Below, piece by piece: positions 39,703 to 49,073 of a stretch of DNA of 64,000 nt. The position numbers and the translations under genes are program-made. Within the stretch, counting starts at the first letter, position 1. Each line of letters opens with the position of its first letter. Location: the NCBI GenBank assembly GCA_003559765.1, contig PWKH01000184.1:12857-76856 (forward strand), read 5' to 3'. A model generated the notes under the pieces. The model was not told the DNA's origin. It saw only the letters and a program-made list of their open reading frames with translations, and searched no databases. The DNA comes from Spirochaetaceae bacterium (lineage in GTDB: Bacteria > Spirochaetota > Spirochaetia > PWKH01).

Positions 39703-40590
39703 ATGGTACGTGGAAAACATGTCGTCTACAAAAATAAAGTGCTTCCCTATTTTCTCGTAGCACCGGAGATGATTCTGGTGCTGATATTCTTCATCTGGCC
39801 GGCGGCGCAGGCCCTGCTGCAGTCGCTGTACCGGGAGGATGCCTTCGGCATCACCAGGACATTCGTCGGTCTTGACAACTTCCGCAGGGCTCTCACGGAA
39901 CCGCTGTATGTCCGATCTATCGGCACCACCCTCGCCTTCGCCCTGACTGTGGCGGTTTCCACCATGGCAATCGCGCTGTTTTTATCTACCCTGGCAAACA
40001 ATATCGGGAAAAAAGCCCTGGCATACCAGACAGTGATTATTTCTCCCTATGCTGTCGCTCCCCTGGTGGCAGGGGTCCTGTGGTTCTTCCTCTTCAGCCC
40101 TGCTGTAGGTTACATATCATACAATCTGAGATTCTTCGGGGTCAGGTGGAACCATACGATTGTTCCCGGCCAGGCGTTTTTCCTGGTCGTACTGGCGGCA
40201 TCATGGCAGCGGATCGCCTACAACTTCCTTTTCTATCTCGGGGGGATGCACCAGATACCCGATTCATTCATTGAAAGCGCCGCCATCGACGGCGCCACCC
40301 CGATAAAGCGGTTCTGGAAGATTGTCTTCCCGCTGCTGTCGCCGACAACCTTCTTCCTGCTGATCATGAACTTCATTTATACGTTCTTCGAAACCTTCCC
40401 GGTAATTCACCAGCTGACCAGGGGAGGTCCGAGCAACGCGACATCCACCATGGTCTACCGGATCTATCGTGACGGATTTATCGGACTGGATTTCGGAGGA
40501 TCCGCTGCCCAGTCAGTCATCCTCATGGCATTCGTCATCACCTTCGTGGCCCTGCAGTTCAGACTTGTTGAACGCAAGGTTTACTACTAA
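39703..40590 (+). CDS. ugpA: ABC transporter permease UgpA
   Basis: MalF/UgpA-type permease with EAA loop (FIESAAIDGATPIKRF); start ATG 39703 after AAGGAGG. Confidence 0.85.
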   Translation: MVRGKHVVYKNKVLPYFLVAPEMILVLIFFIWPAAQALLQSLYREDAFGITRTFVGLDNFRRALTEPLYVRSIGTTLAFALTVAVSTMAIALFLSTLANNIGKKALAYQTVIISPYAVAPLVAGVLWFFLFSPAVGYISYNLRFFGVRWNHTIVPGQAFFLVVLAASWQRIAYNFLFYLGGMHQIPDSFIESAAIDGATPIKRFWKIVFPLLSPTTFFLLIMNFIYTFFETFPVIHQLTRGGPSNATSTMVYRIYRDGFIGLDFGGSAAQSVILMAFVITFVALQFRLVERKVYY

Positions 40591-40601
40591 GGGAGGCGGT
40601 C

Positions 40602-41459
40602 ATGATAAAAGATCCTGTACGAACAAGAATATTTCGGCATTCCTTCCTGATACTCGGGTGCCTCATAGTTGTCTTTCCGATTTACATGGCCTTTGTCGCA
40701 TCAACCCTGAGTCTGGCCGAGATATTCCAGCGTCCCATGCCGGTGCTGCCGGGAAGCCAGTTTTTCCAGAACTACTACCAGGCAATTTTTATCGGAGGAC
40801 GGGGACTCGGCGGAGAACGGGCTATCGGCGCTTTAGTGATGGCACGCAACAGCATGATCATGGCGGTGGGAATCACCGTCTCGAAGATCATCATCTCGCT
40901 GCTGTCATCCTTCGCCCTGGTGTTTTTCCGGTATCCCGGCAGAAGCATCTTCTTCTGGCTGGTGCTGCTTACCCTGATGCTTCCGGTGGAAGTGCGTATT
41001 GTTCCCACATACCAGCTGGTTTCCGATTTCGGCATGCTCAACAGCTTCCCCGGACTGATTATTCCCCTGGCGGTGTCTGCAACAGCAACATTTCTCTTCA
41101 GGCAGTACTTCCTCACTATCCCGGATGAGCTGGTGGAGGCTGCCAAGATTGACGGGGCCGGCCCGATGCACTTTTTCCGCACCATCCTGATCCCCATGGC
41201 CAGAACTCCCATCGCCACCCTGGTGGTTATTCAGTTCGTCTACGGCTGGAATCAGTATCTCTGGCCGCTGATCGTCACCACCGAGCGAAAATACTATACC
41301 CTGATGATCGGGCTCAGCCGCATGCTCGCAACTGCGGATCACCAGGCGGACTGGCACGTGATTATGGCTATTACGATTATCGCCATGGTTCCCACGATGA
41401 TCCTGGTGCTCACCATGCAGCAGCAGTTCGTCAAGGGACTGACTGAATCAGACAAATGA
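40602..41459 (+). CDS. ugpE: ABC transporter permease UgpE
   Basis: MalG/UgpE-type permease with EAA loop (LVEAAKIDGAGPMHFF). Confidence 0.85.
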   Translation: MIKDPVRTRIFRHSFLILGCLIVVFPIYMAFVASTLSLAEIFQRPMPVLPGSQFFQNYYQAIFIGGRGLGGERAIGALVMARNSMIMAVGITVSKIIISLLSSFALVFFRYPGRSIFFWLVLLTLMLPVEVRIVPTYQLVSDFGMLNSFPGLIIPLAVSATATFLFRQYFLTIPDELVEAAKIDGAGPMHFFRTILIPMARTPIATLVVIQFVYGWNQYLWPLIVTTERKYYTLMIGLSRMLATADHQADWHVIMAITIIAMVPTMILVLTMQQQFVKGLTESDK

Positions 41460-41465
41460 CCCTAT

Positions 41466-41527
41466 GCCCCGGGAAGGCGCTTCGCCCGTCCCGGGGCATA
41501 AAAAAAGCTGTCTCCAAAGAGACAGCT
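41466..41527. terminator. Two adjacent hairpins forming a bidirectional terminator region (ugpE on plus strand, tRNA-Asp on minus strand)
   Basis: gccccggga...tcccggggc 9-bp stem; agctgtctc-caaa-gagacagct stem preceded by A7 (a T-run on the minus strand). Confidence 0.5.
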
Positions 41528-41530
41528 CGT

Positions 41531-41604
41531 CGGGAGTGACGGGGATTGAACCCGCGATCTCCGGCTTGACAGGCCGGCGCGATAACCATCTTCGCTACAC
41601 CCCC
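41531..41604 (-). tRNA. tRNA-Asp (GTC)
   Basis: Manual fold: acceptor GGGGGTG/CACTCCC (one G-U), D-stem GCGA/TCGC, anticodon stem CCGGC/GCCGG with loop CTGTCAA, T-arm GCGGG-TTCAATC-CCCGT; 74 nt, no encoded CCA. Confidence 0.8.
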
Positions 41605-41746
41605 GTAACGAATGCAAAAATGCACTATTTACCGGTTTTTGTCAATACCCCGGCAGAAATAATTTACAAGCTTTTTCCGCCCTTTCTGTATTGACGCATC
41701 CGCCTGCCCTCCCCCATAATCACGGTAAACACAGGGGGAGAGACTG

Positions 41747-42394
41747 ATGAAGTTTTCCAGATACAAGGGCATGCTTTTGGCGGTCATACTGATTTCAGCT
41801 GCAGCCACACTGGTGCTGCTGGAGCAGCTTCCGGAAACTATTGCCACCCGATGGACCCAGAACGGCGAGGTAACCGCCGAAGGGCCGAGAATGCTTGCCG
41901 TGCTTACCTCCCTGCTGCCCCTGCTGGCCTGGTGGCTGATCAGACAGGCTCCCTCGGTATCATCTGATCAGGGAGATCAGGTAAAACATCCCCGGGCCTA
42001 TGCAGTCACCATTGTGTTTTTTCTGCTGCTGCTTATCGGGATACACTGGCTGATCATGCTGTACAATCTGGGCGTGGTCATCCGCAGCGACGGGCTGATC
42101 AAATTCGGAATCGCTGCAGCCCTGTTTCTCCTGGCACGGGTGCTTCCTTCCATCAAATACGGTCACAGCGTCGGCATCAGGACCCCCTGGAGCATAGCCA
42201 GTGAATCAAACTGGCGCAGGACCCACCGGTTCGCATCAGTTCTGTTCTATCTCACCTCGGCGGCATTCCTCGCAGCCCTTCCGGCAGGAGGCCGCAGCTC
42301 CTTCTGGATCGGCATCGGAGCGCTTCTGCTCACCGTCATGGCGGTATACCTCTATTCCTACTTCATTACCCCGAAGGAGGAGCGCTCCGCCTAG
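41747..42394 (+). CDS. SdpI/YhfL family membrane protein
   Basis: GIRTPW motif and about 6 TM helices typical of SdpI/YhfL immunity-protein family. Confidence 0.6.
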   Translation: MKFSRYKGMLLAVILISAAATLVLLEQLPETIATRWTQNGEVTAEGPRMLAVLTSLLPLLAWWLIRQAPSVSSDQGDQVKHPRAYAVTIVFFLLLLIGIHWLIMLYNLGVVIRSDGLIKFGIAAALFLLARVLPSIKYGHSVGIRTPWSIASESNWRRTHRFASVLFYLTSAAFLAALPAGGRSSFWIGIGALLLTVMAVYLYSYFITPKEERSA

Positions 42395-44967
42395 GAGCGT
42401 TTCCGCTTTTTCGGGGCTGATTTCCTGATAAGCTTCTCGGCCTGCTCCTTGGTGATCTGTTTTGCCTGCTCTTCGTCCTTCATATCATCAGGGAGCGTGA
42501 TGTTTTTTGCCCCATGCTTGATGTAGGGCCCGTACTTTCCGTTATAGACCGATATCTTCTTTCCCGTTGATGATGTGCCGAGATCCTTAATCTGCATGGA
42601 CCCTCCCCTTCCGCGCTTCGGCTTGGCCAGCAGTTCCAAGGCACGCTCAAGGGAGATTTCATACACATCATCGGTTTTCGGGACGGACCTGAACTCGCCG
42701 TCATGGCTTACAAAGGGTCCGAATCGCCCGATATTCGCCACAACCTCCTTGCCGGTATCAGGATGAGCTCCCAGCACCTTGGGAAGACTCAGCAGCCGCA
42801 GGATCTCATCCAGCTCCAAGGATTCAGGGTCCCTGCCTCGGGGGGCGCTCGCCCGTTTCGGCTTCGGCCGCTCTTCGGTACGCTCCCCGAGCTGAAAATA
42901 AGGTCCGTATCTGCCGGTGAGCAGATACACCGGCTCTCCTGACTCGGGATCCCGCCCGATCGGTTTCGGCCCCTCCTTCTGGGTCCGGATCAGCTTATTG
43001 ATGTCCTCATCCGTCAAGTCCGCCGGCGGAATATCCTCGGGGATGGATGCATGGATTTCCTCATTCTTCGCCTCATCACGGACCATGACGTAGGGGCCGA
43101 ATTTCCCGATCCTGATCCCTTCAATACTGGTGATCTGGGGCAGCTTTACAATTCTGCAGACCGCAGGATCAATTTCATCCTCCCGCTGCTCCACCCGGGA
43201 TTTCAGTCCTGATTCACCCAGGTAGAATTTCTTGAGGTATTCCAGCCGGTCCACAGCTCCCTCGGCAATTTCGTCAAGATTCTCCTCCATTGAGGAGGTG
43301 AAACTGTATTCGATCAGCTCCTGGAAATGCTGCTCCAGCAGCTGAACTACCGCAATACCGGTAAACGTGGGCACCAGGGCGTTTCCCATTGTCCGGATGT
43401 ACCCCCGCTGATACAGGGTATTGATGATTGAGGCATAGGTGGAAGGCCTTCCGATACCCAGCTGCTCAAGCTGCCGCACCAAGGTCGCTTCGGTAAAGCG
43501 GGCCGGAGGCTTGGTCTCATGGGACAGGGCTTCCAGGTCCTTCACAGACAGCTCCATGCTCTCCCGGAGCTTCGGAAGCCAGCTTTCCCGGTCGTCCAGA
43601 GCCGCCTCCGGATCATCCTTACCTTCAACGTACACCCTGATGAATCCGGGAAAAAGGATTCGGGTGCCCGATGCACTGAACACCGCCTCCCCTGCGGATA
43701 TCTTCGCGGTGGTGGTCATCTTAATCCCCTCGGCCATCTGAGCGGCAAGGGTCCGCTTCCAGATAAGCGAATAGAGGGCCGCATCGCGCCCGGTGAGTCC
43801 GGTCTCCTCCGGCCGGCGGAAAACTTCACCAGCAGGGCGGATCGCTTCATGGGCTTCCTGGGCTCCCTTCGATTTCGAGGCGTACTGCCGGGATTCCTTC
43901 GACAGATATTCCTTTCCGAAATAATGCTCCACCGCAGCTCTGGCTGCGGCAATCCCCTCCTGACTGAGCATCGGCGAGTCAGTACGCATGTAGGTAATGA
44001 ATCCCTGCTCATAAAGCCGCTGGGCGCTCTGCATGGTCTGCCGGGCGCTGAGCTTCAGCTTCCGGTTTCCCTCCTGCTGCAGAGTGGAGGTAATAAAGGG
44101 AGGAGCCGGCCGGGTTTTACTTTCCCGTTCCTGCACCGAATCCACAGTCCAGGGCAGCCTCCTGATCTGATTCATCACCTCCTGCGCCTGGTCAGCTTCA
44201 AGCAGCAGGGTCTGCTTTTTCCCTTTATATGCGCCGGTAATCGAGTCGAAATCCTTGCTGCCGGCAATGCGCCTTCCCTGGAGGCTCTCAAGCTTCGCCT
44301 CAAAGGCTCCTGCTTCACCGTCCTCCGGGCGGTAGAGCTCCGCCCTGGCATCCCAGTATACCGTCCTGGTAAAGACGATCCGCTCCAGCTCACGGTCTAC
44401 GATCAGCCGCAGTCCGGGAGACTGCACCCGTCCGGCAGAAAGCCCGTAGGCGATCTTCTTCCAGATCAGGGGGGACAGGGTATATCCGTAGAGCCGGTCA
44501 AGCACTCTTCTGGTTTCCTGGGCATTAACCAGGTCCATATCAATATCTCTTCCGTGCTCCAGAGCATAGGTGATCGCCCGTTTGGTAATTTCATGGAACA
44601 CCATCCGTTCTGCCGGCACAGCGGGCTTGAGCACCTGTATCAGGTGCCAGGAGATGCTTTCTCCCTCCCGGTCCTCGTCCGTAGCCAGAAGCACCCGGTC
44701 GGATTCCTTCACCCGCCGCTTCAGCTCGTTGATGACCTTTCCCTTTCCCCGGGGGGTGACAAACAGCGGGGCGAAACCGTTTTCAATATCGATGCCGAGT
44801 TTCGCCCAGGGCTCCTGCTTCAGAGATTTGGGAATTTCCGAGGCGTTCTGGGGAAGGTCCCGTACGTGCCCGACGCTTGCTTCGACGGTGTAGCCCTTGG
44901 GCAGAAATCGTTTTATCGTTCGTGCTTTTGTAGGTGACTCGACGATTACGAGGACCTTTTCACTCAT
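42391..44967 (-). CDS. topA: DNA topoisomerase I
   Basis: TOPRIM N-terminus LVIVESPTKARTI, active-site region, C-terminal Lys-rich repeats; RBS AGGAGA. Confidence 0.9.
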   Translation of the reverse strand: MSEKVLVIVESPTKARTIKRFLPKGYTVEASVGHVRDLPQNASEIPKSLKQEPWAKLGIDIENGFAPLFVTPRGKGKVINELKRRVKESDRVLLATDEDREGESISWHLIQVLKPAVPAERMVFHEITKRAITYALEHGRDIDMDLVNAQETRRVLDRLYGYTLSPLIWKKIAYGLSAGRVQSPGLRLIVDRELERIVFTRTVYWDARAELYRPEDGEAGAFEAKLESLQGRRIAGSKDFDSITGAYKGKKQTLLLEADQAQEVMNQIRRLPWTVDSVQERESKTRPAPPFITSTLQQEGNRKLKLSARQTMQSAQRLYEQGFITYMRTDSPMLSQEGIAAARAAVEHYFGKEYLSKESRQYASKSKGAQEAHEAIRPAGEVFRRPEETGLTGRDAALYSLIWKRTLAAQMAEGIKMTTTAKISAGEAVFSASGTRILFPGFIRVYVEGKDDPEAALDDRESWLPKLRESMELSVKDLEALSHETKPPARFTEATLVRQLEQLGIGRPSTYASIINTLYQRGYIRTMGNALVPTFTGIAVVQLLEQHFQELIEYSFTSSMEENLDEIAEGAVDRLEYLKKFYLGESGLKSRVEQREDEIDPAVCRIVKLPQITSIEGIRIGKFGPYVMVRDEAKNEEIHASIPEDIPPADLTDEDINKLIRTQKEGPKPIGRDPESGEPVYLLTGRYGPYFQLGERTEERPKPKRASAPRGRDPESLELDEILRLLSLPKVLGAHPDTGKEVVANIGRFGPFVSHDGEFRSVPKTDDVYEISLERALELLAKPKRGRGGSMQIKDLGTSSTGKKISVYNGKYGPYIKHGAKNITLPDDMKDEEQAKQITKEQAEKLIRKSAPKKRKRS

Positions 44968-45234
44968 GTATTATTCTCCTTATGCCGGTAACATTGCCCT
45001 CTATTTAGCTATGAATGATTCAGCTCGTCAAGGGAATATGCTTTTTTTCAGCAGAAAAACCGAGGGCTCTTTCATATTTCCTCATTTACGCCTGGTAAAT
45101 ATCTGGCAGTGCTGTCTGCACAGCAGTTTCCCTCCGGAAACTTCAGGAAGGCTTTTCCGTGATGTCGACGGCCCGCTTTTTTTCCGTTATACTTGCACTG
45201 ATTCCTGCTATGACTGAAGCAGTACTGCGGAGGA

Positions 45235-45915
45235 ATGTTCATGCTTGAAGCAATACTCACCCAGCTTGCACCGGCGTCGGTTGTGCCCTTTGATCTGCAG
45301 GACCGTCAGGCGGTTGTGTTTGATTTCACTGAATCCAGCGAAGCTGTGCAGAGCATAGATCCCGCTGAAACCTCGAAATTCACGGAATTTATCGAGGGAG
45401 AGCTCAGCAGATGCTGCGCTGAGTTCGGAGTCGGCAGATATAACGAGGATCGGCTGATCTACCGCAAAAGCTCCCTGTTTGCAGGCAGTGAACCCCGGAG
45501 CATTCATCTCGGTATCGACATCCTCGCCCCGGCGGGCACTGCGGTATGCGCCCCGTGCGACGGCAGAGTGCACAGTTTTCAGGACAATCGGGGCTTCGGG
45601 GACTACGGCCCGACAATCATCCTGGAACATACCCAGGGAGGGTTCACCTGGTACACACTCTACGGTCATCTCTCCCGGGAGTCTCTGACACAGCTGGAGG
45701 AAGGGAAAGCAATTGCCGCAGGCAGTGAATTCGCCCGCTTCGGCAGCGAACAGGAGAACGGCCGATGGCCTCCGCATCTGCATTTTCAGATCATCAGGGA
45801 CCTGGAGGGCAGACGGGGGGATTATCCCGGGGTGTGCGCTGCCTCTCAGCGGAGCTGGTATCTGAAGAACTGCCCGGACCCGCAGCTGCTGCTGAACATC
45901 AGATCCCTCGATTAG
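45235..45915 (+). CDS. Peptidase M23 family protein (no signal peptide)
   Basis: HLGIDI.APAGTAV.AP.DG...GDYGPTIILEH...YGHL...PHLHFQI M23 motifs. Confidence 0.7.
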   Translation: MFMLEAILTQLAPASVVPFDLQDRQAVVFDFTESSEAVQSIDPAETSKFTEFIEGELSRCCAEFGVGRYNEDRLIYRKSSLFAGSEPRSIHLGIDILAPAGTAVCAPCDGRVHSFQDNRGFGDYGPTIILEHTQGGFTWYTLYGHLSRESLTQLEEGKAIAAGSEFARFGSEQENGRWPPHLHFQIIRDLEGRRGDYPGVCAASQRSWYLKNCPDPQLLLNIRSLD

Positions 45916-48368
45916 GCTCTGATGAAAAACTCACGGTTCGTCGCCACGGTCATTCCCTCAACCGGGATGACCGGACATCCGTCCTCATCGATTTCCACGG
46001 TTTCTGGCCACTGAAAATCCTCCTGCATGGATGCAAAGAGGCTGAAATCACAGCCGCGGAGCTTCACATGCACCCGTTCTGGTCCGCTTCGGACGATGAC
46101 AGCGGTCAGGTTAAAGTCCGCGTCCCCCAGGGCCGTCCTGATCACATACAGGGGCACCTCCCGTCCGCTCTGATGCCTCCGCAGATGGGTGGCAATGGTG
46201 ATCACCGTCGAGGCGTCCACCGGACGGCTGCGGTTCCACCACTGCTGCACAGGCATGCCGGCAGCATAGAGACTGAACAGCTCAATGCCGATCTGGCGGC
46301 TGTAGTAGCATATCAGCTTCATCTCCTCCTCATGGTCATTGATTCCCGATAGCAGCAGCAGGTTGCAGTAGACTGTTACTCCCGCCGAGGAGAACCGGCG
46401 GATGATCTCACTGTGGAGGGCGCTGAATTCGCTGGAGTGGATGAACTGGGTCTCCATTTCCACCCGAAAAGGATTTGCCGCCCGGAGCTGATTGAGCTTT
46501 ACAATGCGGCCGATCAGCTCTTCATCGAACAGCTGGGGCTCATAGGCAAGTTTCAGACTCCGCAGCCGCAGAGCCTGGACATGGGGGATTGCCCGGAGGC
46601 GGCGGGCAATCATCTCAATTTGATCCAGATGATCAATGCAGTCATCCCTGGCGGCCAGTACCACTTCCCTGATATCCTCACATCCCTTGATGCAGGCAAG
46701 CATCTCCTTCAGGCGTTCATATTCCCCGAGATCCAGTTCAACCCGGGTCTTATGGATTCTGCACACCCCCGCTGTCCCGGTTTCAACGATGCTCTGGGTC
46801 ACCCGCTGGTCCTCCAGCACCTTCAGCTGCACCTCCCGCAGGTCCGCCATATTCAGATCGAAGGGCTGTCCGTCCTGCATGTCGAAATGGCCCAGAAAGA
46901 GCCGGTCATCGCCGATATCCGCCATGAAACGGCTTAAGATGCTGCCGTCATGGTGCTCCCGGGCTTCCTGCAGTACAAAGGAGGGAACAAACTCCTTGAA
47001 ATACTGGTCCGTATAGGGGGTCCGCAGCCAGATGTATCTGGGATCCTGGGCATCCGGCTCGACTGCCCATCCGCTGACGTTCCAGTCGATTTTGCCCACC
47101 TTGCTGGCGGTGCAGAGTATCGGCATAGCCCGGTCGCTGAGATGAGACCGCAGATATGCCGCCGCTCTATGGCCGTCAGACAGGGGCGTCCAGTACACTT
47201 TGTTCCCCTGGATGGGACTGCAGGGAATATAGATGTAATGAATCTCCGAACCCGCCGCCCGGAGCTCCCGGTACAGCTGGGCCAGTTCCTCTCCGGAGTC
47301 GTTGCAGTCCTTCAGAAAGGGTGTCTGGGTATACACGCCGATCCCGCTTTTCACCAGTTCGCTGATGATCTCAAGGCTGTAGACAGAAATTTCATCAGGG
47401 TGGATGAAATGGGTGGCAATTTCAATACGCTTGTTCCGCTGCTGCAGCTCCCGGTTTTTCCCGGTAAGATACTTCAGCCAGAAGGAGTCCTTGTTGGAGA
47501 ACAGCTGAGGATAATAGGAGATGCACCGGGATGCAATCCGGATGGTCTGGATGTGTTCAATCTGCTGCAGCCCTTCAACGGCACAGGTGAGGGTCTCCCG
47601 GTTCAGCAGGGGCTCTACCCCGGTAAGCACGATCTCCTTGATCCGGGGAGAATCGGCGATATGATCAAGGGCCCGGCGGACGTCCTCAATGGTCGGTGCC
47701 GGCTGGTTCCTGCAGTCCTTGTGCTTGCGGAAGCAGAATCTGCAGTATACCGGACAGCTCATATGGAGCACGAATATCGGCCGGTTCTGGTACATCTGCT
47801 CAAGCACTCCCTGGTGGAACTGACCGACCCAGGTATTCTTCAGCCCCGTCGAGTCGAGCTCCTCTGCAAATGGCATGAACTGGTATCCCACAGCCCAGGA
47901 GATCCTCGCCTGCCGCACGGTGTGCATCGAAAGTCTCACCGGATAGGTGTCCAGCACCAGCTGAAGATCATCCCGCCGGTCCTCGGGAACCCTGGTGTTT
48001 GCCGCCGCCTCGTACTGGTCAACCGTGGTGATGCTCATCAGTTCATCCCCGGGAATCACCGCCTCAAGGATCGGAAGCAGCAGCCGCTTCGGCAGAGCAA
48101 CGCCGCTGACCGCAACGTCCCGGGGCTGCTCATGGCTGGACTGCTCCAGCTGCTGCAGAACTGATTCGAAGAATTCCCGGTCAGTGCAGCCGCAGGAGCG
48201 CAGCAGGGCGGCAAAGGGCTCATCCCCCGCGGTCATTTCGGCAAACTCCCGCCCCAGATATGAGGATGCGCCGAATCGGCGCAGAAAGTCATCCAGCCGA
48301 CCGGCCAGCTCTCCGACGGAAATCTCAGTGCCGCCTAACCGGTCATGAAACGTCAGCATATCCTGCAT
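45912..48368 (-). CDS. KamA-family radical SAM protein with internal tandem duplication (lysine-2,3-aminomutase-like, 818 aa)
   Basis: CPVYCRFCFRKH (CxxxCxxC KamA-type) in first half; second half repeats the KamA barrel-like segments (VQALRLRSLKLAYEPQLF..., AGVTVYCNLLLLSGIND...) without the Cys triad. Confidence 0.75.
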   Translation of the reverse strand: MQDMLTFHDRLGGTEISVGELAGRLDDFLRRFGASSYLGREFAEMTAGDEPFAALLRSCGCTDREFFESVLQQLEQSSHEQPRDVAVSGVALPKRLLLPILEAVIPGDELMSITTVDQYEAAANTRVPEDRRDDLQLVLDTYPVRLSMHTVRQARISWAVGYQFMPFAEELDSTGLKNTWVGQFHQGVLEQMYQNRPIFVLHMSCPVYCRFCFRKHKDCRNQPAPTIEDVRRALDHIADSPRIKEIVLTGVEPLLNRETLTCAVEGLQQIEHIQTIRIASRCISYYPQLFSNKDSFWLKYLTGKNRELQQRNKRIEIATHFIHPDEISVYSLEIISELVKSGIGVYTQTPFLKDCNDSGEELAQLYRELRAAGSEIHYIYIPCSPIQGNKVYWTPLSDGHRAAAYLRSHLSDRAMPILCTASKVGKIDWNVSGWAVEPDAQDPRYIWLRTPYTDQYFKEFVPSFVLQEAREHHDGSILSRFMADIGDDRLFLGHFDMQDGQPFDLNMADLREVQLKVLEDQRVTQSIVETGTAGVCRIHKTRVELDLGEYERLKEMLACIKGCEDIREVVLAARDDCIDHLDQIEMIARRLRAIPHVQALRLRSLKLAYEPQLFDEELIGRIVKLNQLRAANPFRVEMETQFIHSSEFSALHSEIIRRFSSAGVTVYCNLLLLSGINDHEEEMKLICYYSRQIGIELFSLYAAGMPVQQWWNRSRPVDASTVITIATHLRRHQSGREVPLYVIRTALGDADFNLTAVIVRSGPERVHVKLRGCDFSLFASMQEDFQWPETVEIDEDGCPVIPVEGMTVATNREFFIRA

Positions 48369-48484
48369 GCAAGCCCCCCCGATATCTCATTTTTCTGCCT
48401 TGGACTGTATCCTATGAGAGAGGAAAAAGTCAAACAGTTTACCCCTGCAGCAGAAAGAATCAGCCCCCGGGGAAGCGTTATTTC

Positions 48485-48513
48485 TTGACAGCATCATGCG
48501 GTTTACCTATGAT
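48485..48513 (+). promoter_or_regulatory. Sigma70-like promoter TTGACA-17-TATGAT for GNAT/M20 operon
   Basis: Perfect -35 and near-consensus -10; followed by a perfect 8-bp hairpin 48532-48551 and RBS GAGGAG. Confidence 0.4.
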
Positions 48514-48565
48514 TTACCTATTAAACCAAACGACTGCCCGACGGGGCAGTCTGAAAGAGGAGCGT

Positions 48566-49069
48566 ATGCCGGACCAGGATGTGGAAATAACGATCCGACC
48601 GATGGATATTGACGATTTGGCCCCAGCCTATCATCTCGGGGAGAAACTGTTCACCCTCAGCGCCTTTCCCAATCTCTACCGCATCTGGGATGAATATGAA
48701 ATCATCGATTTTTTTCATGACAGTTCGGACTACTGCTTCAGCGCCTTTGCCGACAGCAAGCTGGTCGGGTTTCTTCTCGGCACGGTCATCGAGAAGACGA
48801 AGAAGCGGAAATACGGCTATCTGGTCTGGACGGGAGTGGACAGCGACTTCGGCCGCCTCGGCATCGCCTCCCAGCTCTTTGACGCCTTCAAAGAGCTCTG
48901 TGTTGAGGAACAGGTCTCCATGATTATCGTGGACACCCAGGCTGACAACTACACGGCAATCGATTTTTTCACCAGCAAGGGGTTCGGGGACGCCCAGGAC
49001 CATGTATACCTCACCCTGGATCTCAGGCGGGACGATGATCCCCGCCGACCTGTCAGGGAGGGGGAATAA
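48566..49069 (+). CDS. GNAT family N-acetyltransferase
   Basis: Acetyl-CoA-binding region VGFLLG...GVDSDFGRLGIASQLF; start ATG 48566 after GAGGAG. Confidence 0.75.
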   Translation: MPDQDVEITIRPMDIDDLAPAYHLGEKLFTLSAFPNLYRIWDEYEIIDFFHDSSDYCFSAFADSKLVGFLLGTVIEKTKKRKYGYLVWTGVDSDFGRLGIASQLFDAFKELCVEEQVSMIIVDTQADNYTAIDFFTSKGFGDAQDHVYLTLDLRRDDDPRRPVREGE

Positions 49070-49073
49070 GCCT

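Noticed and set aside
41460-41530. Possible riboswitch or sRNA between ugpE and tRNA-Asp
   Set aside because: The two hairpins are fully explained as terminators for the convergent ugpE and tRNA-Asp transcripts (the second is flanked by the A7/T7 run).
43519-44937. 472-aa ORF antisense to topA
   Set aside because: topA sense frame is conserved end-to-end; the antisense ORF lacks RBS or start context and has no recognisable domains.
46950-48164. 404-aa ORF antisense to the KamA-like gene (and 46413-46937)
   Set aside because: The sense strand has the radical-SAM CxxxCxxC motif and internal repeat structure; the antisense ORFs are GC-artefacts.
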